From assembly GCF_000039765.1 (NCBI RefSeq), contig NC_004459.3, positions 1,440,001 through 1,472,000 on the forward strand: a stretch of 32,000 nt of DNA, written 5' to 3'. The number at the start of each line of letters is the position of its first letter. Within the stretch, counting starts at the first letter, position 1. A program made the position numbers and the translations under genes. The notes beneath the pieces are model-generated. The model had not been told where the DNA came from, searched no databases, and saw only the letters and a list, made by a program, of their open reading frames with translations. This document shows positions 29,115 through 32,000 of this stretch, piece by piece. The DNA comes from Vibrio vulnificus CMCP6. GTDB lineage: Bacteria; Pseudomonadota; Gammaproteobacteria; Enterobacterales; Vibrionaceae.

Positions 29115-29145
29115 AAACTATCTACATTGTGATAGCAGGAACAGC

Positions 29146-30429
29146 TTATAGAGCTGTGAATAAGGTGTTCTGTGTGTCAGGTGTCCACGTTACCTGTGAG
29201 ACATGCGGAACATTGACGAGATAGCGTACTCCTTTGTAGCTCACCACATCGCCTTGAGCGTACTCCACATTCAACATCCAGTTCGTTGCTGGATCTGCAT
29301 TAGTCCATAGGCTAGAAGTTGCTGAGGGTGCCCAATCAGCTTGCGCTGTGTGGCTGGTGACGGCTTTGTAAACCGTCCCTTGATGAAGGACATAGGCGCC
29401 TGTTGAGTAGGTTGTATTGACCTGCCACTCTGGTGTGTAATTGTCCATCGTATCAAAGACGTATCCTGCCTCTTTGGCAATACGGATGAACTCTGCCAGT
29501 TTTGGTAGGTTTTGTGTTGCCCCCATACCGCGTTTGCCATCTTCGAATAAGAATTCATGAGTTAAGACAATCACTTTGTCCGCATGTAATGGTGTACCGC
29601 AAGGGAATTGTTGGGCTTTAGAGTTGATCGGATTGATGGTGGTAGGAGCACAGCTGTTTAAAGCAGCATCAACATAGCTCAAAAATGGAACCGCTTCCGT
29701 TAAGCTGTTTGCTGGCATCGCAATTCCCCAGTTTTCTGGTGCCCAATCCACATCCCAGCCGTGCGTTTGATAGCCTTTATTAGCCAAAATGTTCTGTACT
29801 TCAATGGATGCTTTGACGCTGTTTGATGGGTTGTCGGGATCACAAACATAACCGGGTTCCCATGGTTTAAGATTGTCCGATGTCGCACAGAGGCCATCTG
29901 CTTTAAAGCTTTTCGTCACACGCCAACCGTTAGTGTAGGGAAGACGAGCAAGCTCATCACCCTTATAGTTTGGGTAGCTGCTAATGGAAGGGAAGTAGCG
30001 CTCCAGAACCGCAAGGTTTTGTTCAAAGGTTGCAGCATCATAAACAGGATCTTGATAGGAGTTGATTTGATGATTACCTGTTGCATTACATTCAGCCCCG
30101 CTGTTTGGGCCAAATTCTTCCACGCAGTTATGGATCATGTGATCGTAACTGTGGTTCCCCACGATATGGCCAGAGTCGAGAGCCAACTTGAGCGCCTCAA
30201 GTGCTCGGTCTTCATTTTCATCCCCAATTCCATCTAAGTGCCAAGCATTGAAATAGAACGTGGCTTTAATTCCGCCTTCATTGAGCACTTGAATGACATC
30301 AAGGCTCGCGTTAATTGGGCCGTCATCAAAGGTTAAATAAATCGTGCCTTTTGGGCTTGTTTGTGCCAAAGCACTTCCTGAAATAACGATACTCGCAGCA
30401 GTAAGTAAAGCCAGTTTTTTTAATTTCAT
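29146..30429 (-). CDS. Secreted chitin oligosaccharide deacetylase (CE4 NodB domain plus two C-terminal CBM12-type chitin-binding repeats)
   Basis: Starting at 30429 gives 427 aa with a signal peptide (MKLKKLALLTAASIVISGSALAQ). CE4 motifs TFDDGP and HSYDH are present, followed by two W/Y-rich repeats of about 45 aa. The ORF-track extension to 30618 is AT-rich and unsupported. Confidence 0.85.
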   Translation of the reverse strand: MKLKKLALLTAASIVISGSALAQTSPKGTIYLTFDDGPINASLDVIQVLNEGGIKATFYFNAWHLDGIGDENEDRALEALKLALDSGHIVGNHSYDHMIHNCVEEFGPNSGAECNATGNHQINSYQDPVYDAATFEQNLAVLERYFPSISSYPNYKGDELARLPYTNGWRVTKSFKADGLCATSDNLKPWEPGYVCDPDNPSNSVKASIEVQNILANKGYQTHGWDVDWAPENWGIAMPANSLTEAVPFLSYVDAALNSCAPTTINPINSKAQQFPCGTPLHADKVIVLTHEFLFEDGKRGMGATQNLPKLAEFIRIAKEAGYVFDTMDNYTPEWQVNTTYSTGAYVLHQGTVYKAVTSHTAQADWAPSATSSLWTNADPATNWMLNVEYAQGDVVSYKGVRYLVNVPHVSQVTWTPDTQNTLFTAL

Positions 30430-30604
30430 TTTTCTATCCTTTTTGAAATTAATTAATAATGACGTTGTTAGTTTTATATTGATAAAAGTGTTTTTATATT
30501 CGCTAATTAAATAACGATTAATCAAAATCGTTGCTCTCTTCTTGGTTATTATCCTATCCATGATTACCAATCTAAAAATAGGGTTAATTGTTCGAAATGA
30601 GATT

Positions 30605-30631
30605 TTGTTCACGAACAATGCAACCGGTTGC
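30605..30631. promoter_or_regulatory. Two adjacent palindromes in the deacetylase/PTS divergent promoter: TTGTTC-AC-GAACAA and GCAACCGGTTGC (LacI-family-operator-like)
   Basis: Read directly from the sequence. aTGCAACCGGTTGCg fits the general LacI/GalR operator pattern TGnAAnCGnTTnCA. Confidence 0.4.
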
Positions 30632-30697
30632 GCTTTTTTGCATGGATTTATTTTGCTACAGTTTTTAGGTCAGATTTTGAACAAGGGAAAATAAGTG

Positions 30698-31003
30698 ATG
30701 AAAAAGATTTTGTTATGCTGTAGTGCGGGCATGTCAACGAGTATGCTGGTCAAGAAAATGGAGCAAGCTGCCGCGAGCAAAGGGATCGAATGCAAGATTG
30801 ATGCGTTATCTGTCAATGCGTTTGAGGAAGCGATTAAAGAATACGATGTTTGTCTGTTAGGGCCGCAAGTGCGATTCCAACTCGAGTCTTTACAGAAGAC
30901 GGCGCATGAGCATGGTAAGAATATTGCGGCGATCTCTCCGCAAGCTTACGGAATGATGAAAGGTGATGAAGTTCTTCAGCAAGCGCTAGATTTAATTAAC
31001 TAA
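30698..31003 (+). CDS. PTS lactose/cellobiose-family EIIB component (ChbB/CelA-like)
   Basis: 101 aa with the phosphorylatable-Cys motif LCCSAGMSTSMLV. The ATG at 30698 is preferred over the GTG at 30695. Confidence 0.9.
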   Translation: MKKILLCCSAGMSTSMLVKKMEQAAASKGIECKIDALSVNAFEEAIKEYDVCLLGPQVRFQLESLQKTAHEHGKNIAAISPQAYGMMKGDEVLQQALDLIN

Positions 31004-31091
31004 TTCGCGAACGTAAAATTTTAAGAAGTTAATCAGGTCATATATTAAATATGGCTAAGGGTTGCTTTGTCTAAAAATAAGGAAGGATTCT

Positions 31092-32000
31092 ATGAAGCTT
31101 TATGATGCGATAATTGGAGTTGTTGAAAAATATATTGCTCCAATAGCGGCTAAAGTTGGTAATCAGCCTCACGTGAGAGCGATGCGTGATGGTTTTATCG
31201 TGGCCATGCCATTTATTATTGTTGGTAGTTTTATTTTAATTTTTGCTTTTCCACCTTTTTCAGAAGATACCACTAATACTTTTGGTCGAGTGTGGTTAGA
31301 TTTTGCTACTAAGCACTTCGATACCATTATGATGCCCTTCAATATGTCGATGGGGATCATGACGATATTTGTCTCGTTGGGGGTCGCTTACAGTTTGGCG
31401 AAAGCTTACAAAATGGATGGCATCACGAGTGCTGTGTTATCACTGATGTGCTTTTTGTTGGTGGCAGCACCGGCTAAAGATGGCGCTTTATCGATGGCAC
31501 ACATGGGCGGAACGGGAATCTTCACTGCAGTGATGTGTGCCTTCTTCGCGGTGGAGCTCTATCGCTTTATGAAGAAGCATAACATTACCATTCGAATGCC
31601 AGAACAAGTTCCTCCTGCGATTGCACGATCCTTTGAGGTTCTGCTACCAGTCTTAGCGATTTTTATTACGCTCTACCCGCTGAGTTTATTCGTGCAAGCC
31701 CAATACGATATGTTGATTCCAGATGCGGTTATGGCAATGTTTAAACCTCTGATCAGCGCATCCAATACACTTCCTGCTATTATTGGTGCCTTGCTGGTCT
31801 GTCAGCTATTGTGGTTTGCTGGTATTCACGGTGCGGCCATTGTTGTTGGCCTGCTTTCTCCTATCTTCCTAACTAATATCAGTGCAAACATTGATGCGTT
31901 CGTTGCCGGACAGCCAGTTCCAAACGTCTTTACTCAGCCATTCTGGGATTTCTACATCTTTATTGGTGGCTCTGGTGCGACATTAGCGCTAGTGATGTTG
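31092..32000 (+). CDS. PTS lactose/cellobiose-family EIIC component (ChbC/CelB-like); 3' end lies outside the window
   Basis: My own translation from the ATG at 31092 (Shine-Dalgarno AAGGAAGGA) stays open for 303 codons to the window edge: MKLYDAIIGVVEKYIAPIAAKVGNQPHVRAMRDGF...LLWFAGIHGAAIV, typical of EIIC. It is absent from the ORF track because there is no stop codon in the window. Confidence 0.9.
   Translation, partial: MKLYDAIIGVVEKYIAPIAAKVGNQPHVRAMRDGFIVAMPFIIVGSFILIFAFPPFSEDTTNTFGRVWLDFATKHFDTIMMPFNMSMGIMTIFVSLGVAYSLAKAYKMDGITSAVLSLMCFLLVAAPAKDGALSMAHMGGTGIFTAVMCAFFAVELYRFMKKHNITIRMPEQVPPAIARSFEVLLPVLAIFITLYPLSLFVQAQYDMLIPDAVMAMFKPLISASNTLPAIIGALLVCQLLWFAGIHGAAIVVGLLSPIFLTNISANIDAFVAGQPVPNVFTQPFWDFYIFIGGSGATLALVML

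Noticed and set aside
30430-30618. A 63-codon N-terminal extension of the deacetylase ORF (MFVNKISFRTINP...)
   Set aside because: It is extremely AT-rich and Ile/Asn/Lys-rich, and it runs through the divergent promoter and its palindromes. A canonical signal peptide with an AAGGAT Shine-Dalgarno begins at the ATG at 30429.

Overview
This window is a gamma-proteobacterial chromosomal core region, Vibrio-like by protein similarity and roughly 47% GC by eye. It is densely coding and mostly housekeeping. Left to right: the 3' end of yhdP, a Nit-like C-N hydrolase, tldD, a 7-bp tandem array, a PIN-PhoH ATPase (minus strand), rapA, an ERIC-like palindromic repeat, rluA, a 2-hydroxyacid dehydrogenase, ridA, pyrI and pyrB with a recognisable leader and attenuator, argF, arcA, rraB, four poorly characterised genes (a GH2-N-terminal-like orphan, a GNAT, a duplicated DUF2061 protein, and a DUF898 plus M48 peptidase pair), valS, holC, pepA, lptF, lptG, an RDD protein, tRNA-Leu(CAA), a chitin oligosaccharide deacetylase, and the start of a cellobiose/chitobiose-type PTS (IIB, then a 3'-truncated IIC). 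From memory, the pyrBI-ridA ... argI-rraB-yjgM-yjgN-valS-holC-pepA-lptFG order matches the E. coli K-12 map, with lineage-specific insertions here (arcA, the GH2-N-like orphan, DUF2061, M48). I see no CRISPR array, transposase, integrase, phage genes or recognisable defence system, and no convincing novel multi-gene system. The items most worth follow-up are the biphasic, G-quadruplex-capable CTAG heptamer array, the translationally coupled DUF898-M48 membrane pair within the uncharacterised patch between rraB and valS, the catalytic-domain-less GH2-N-like orphan, the unannotated pyrBI leader peptide with its attenuator and AATTTG start region, and the paired palindromes in the deacetylase/PTS divergent promoter. 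All functional calls come from reading the translated ORFs against remembered family motifs; no database search was run.
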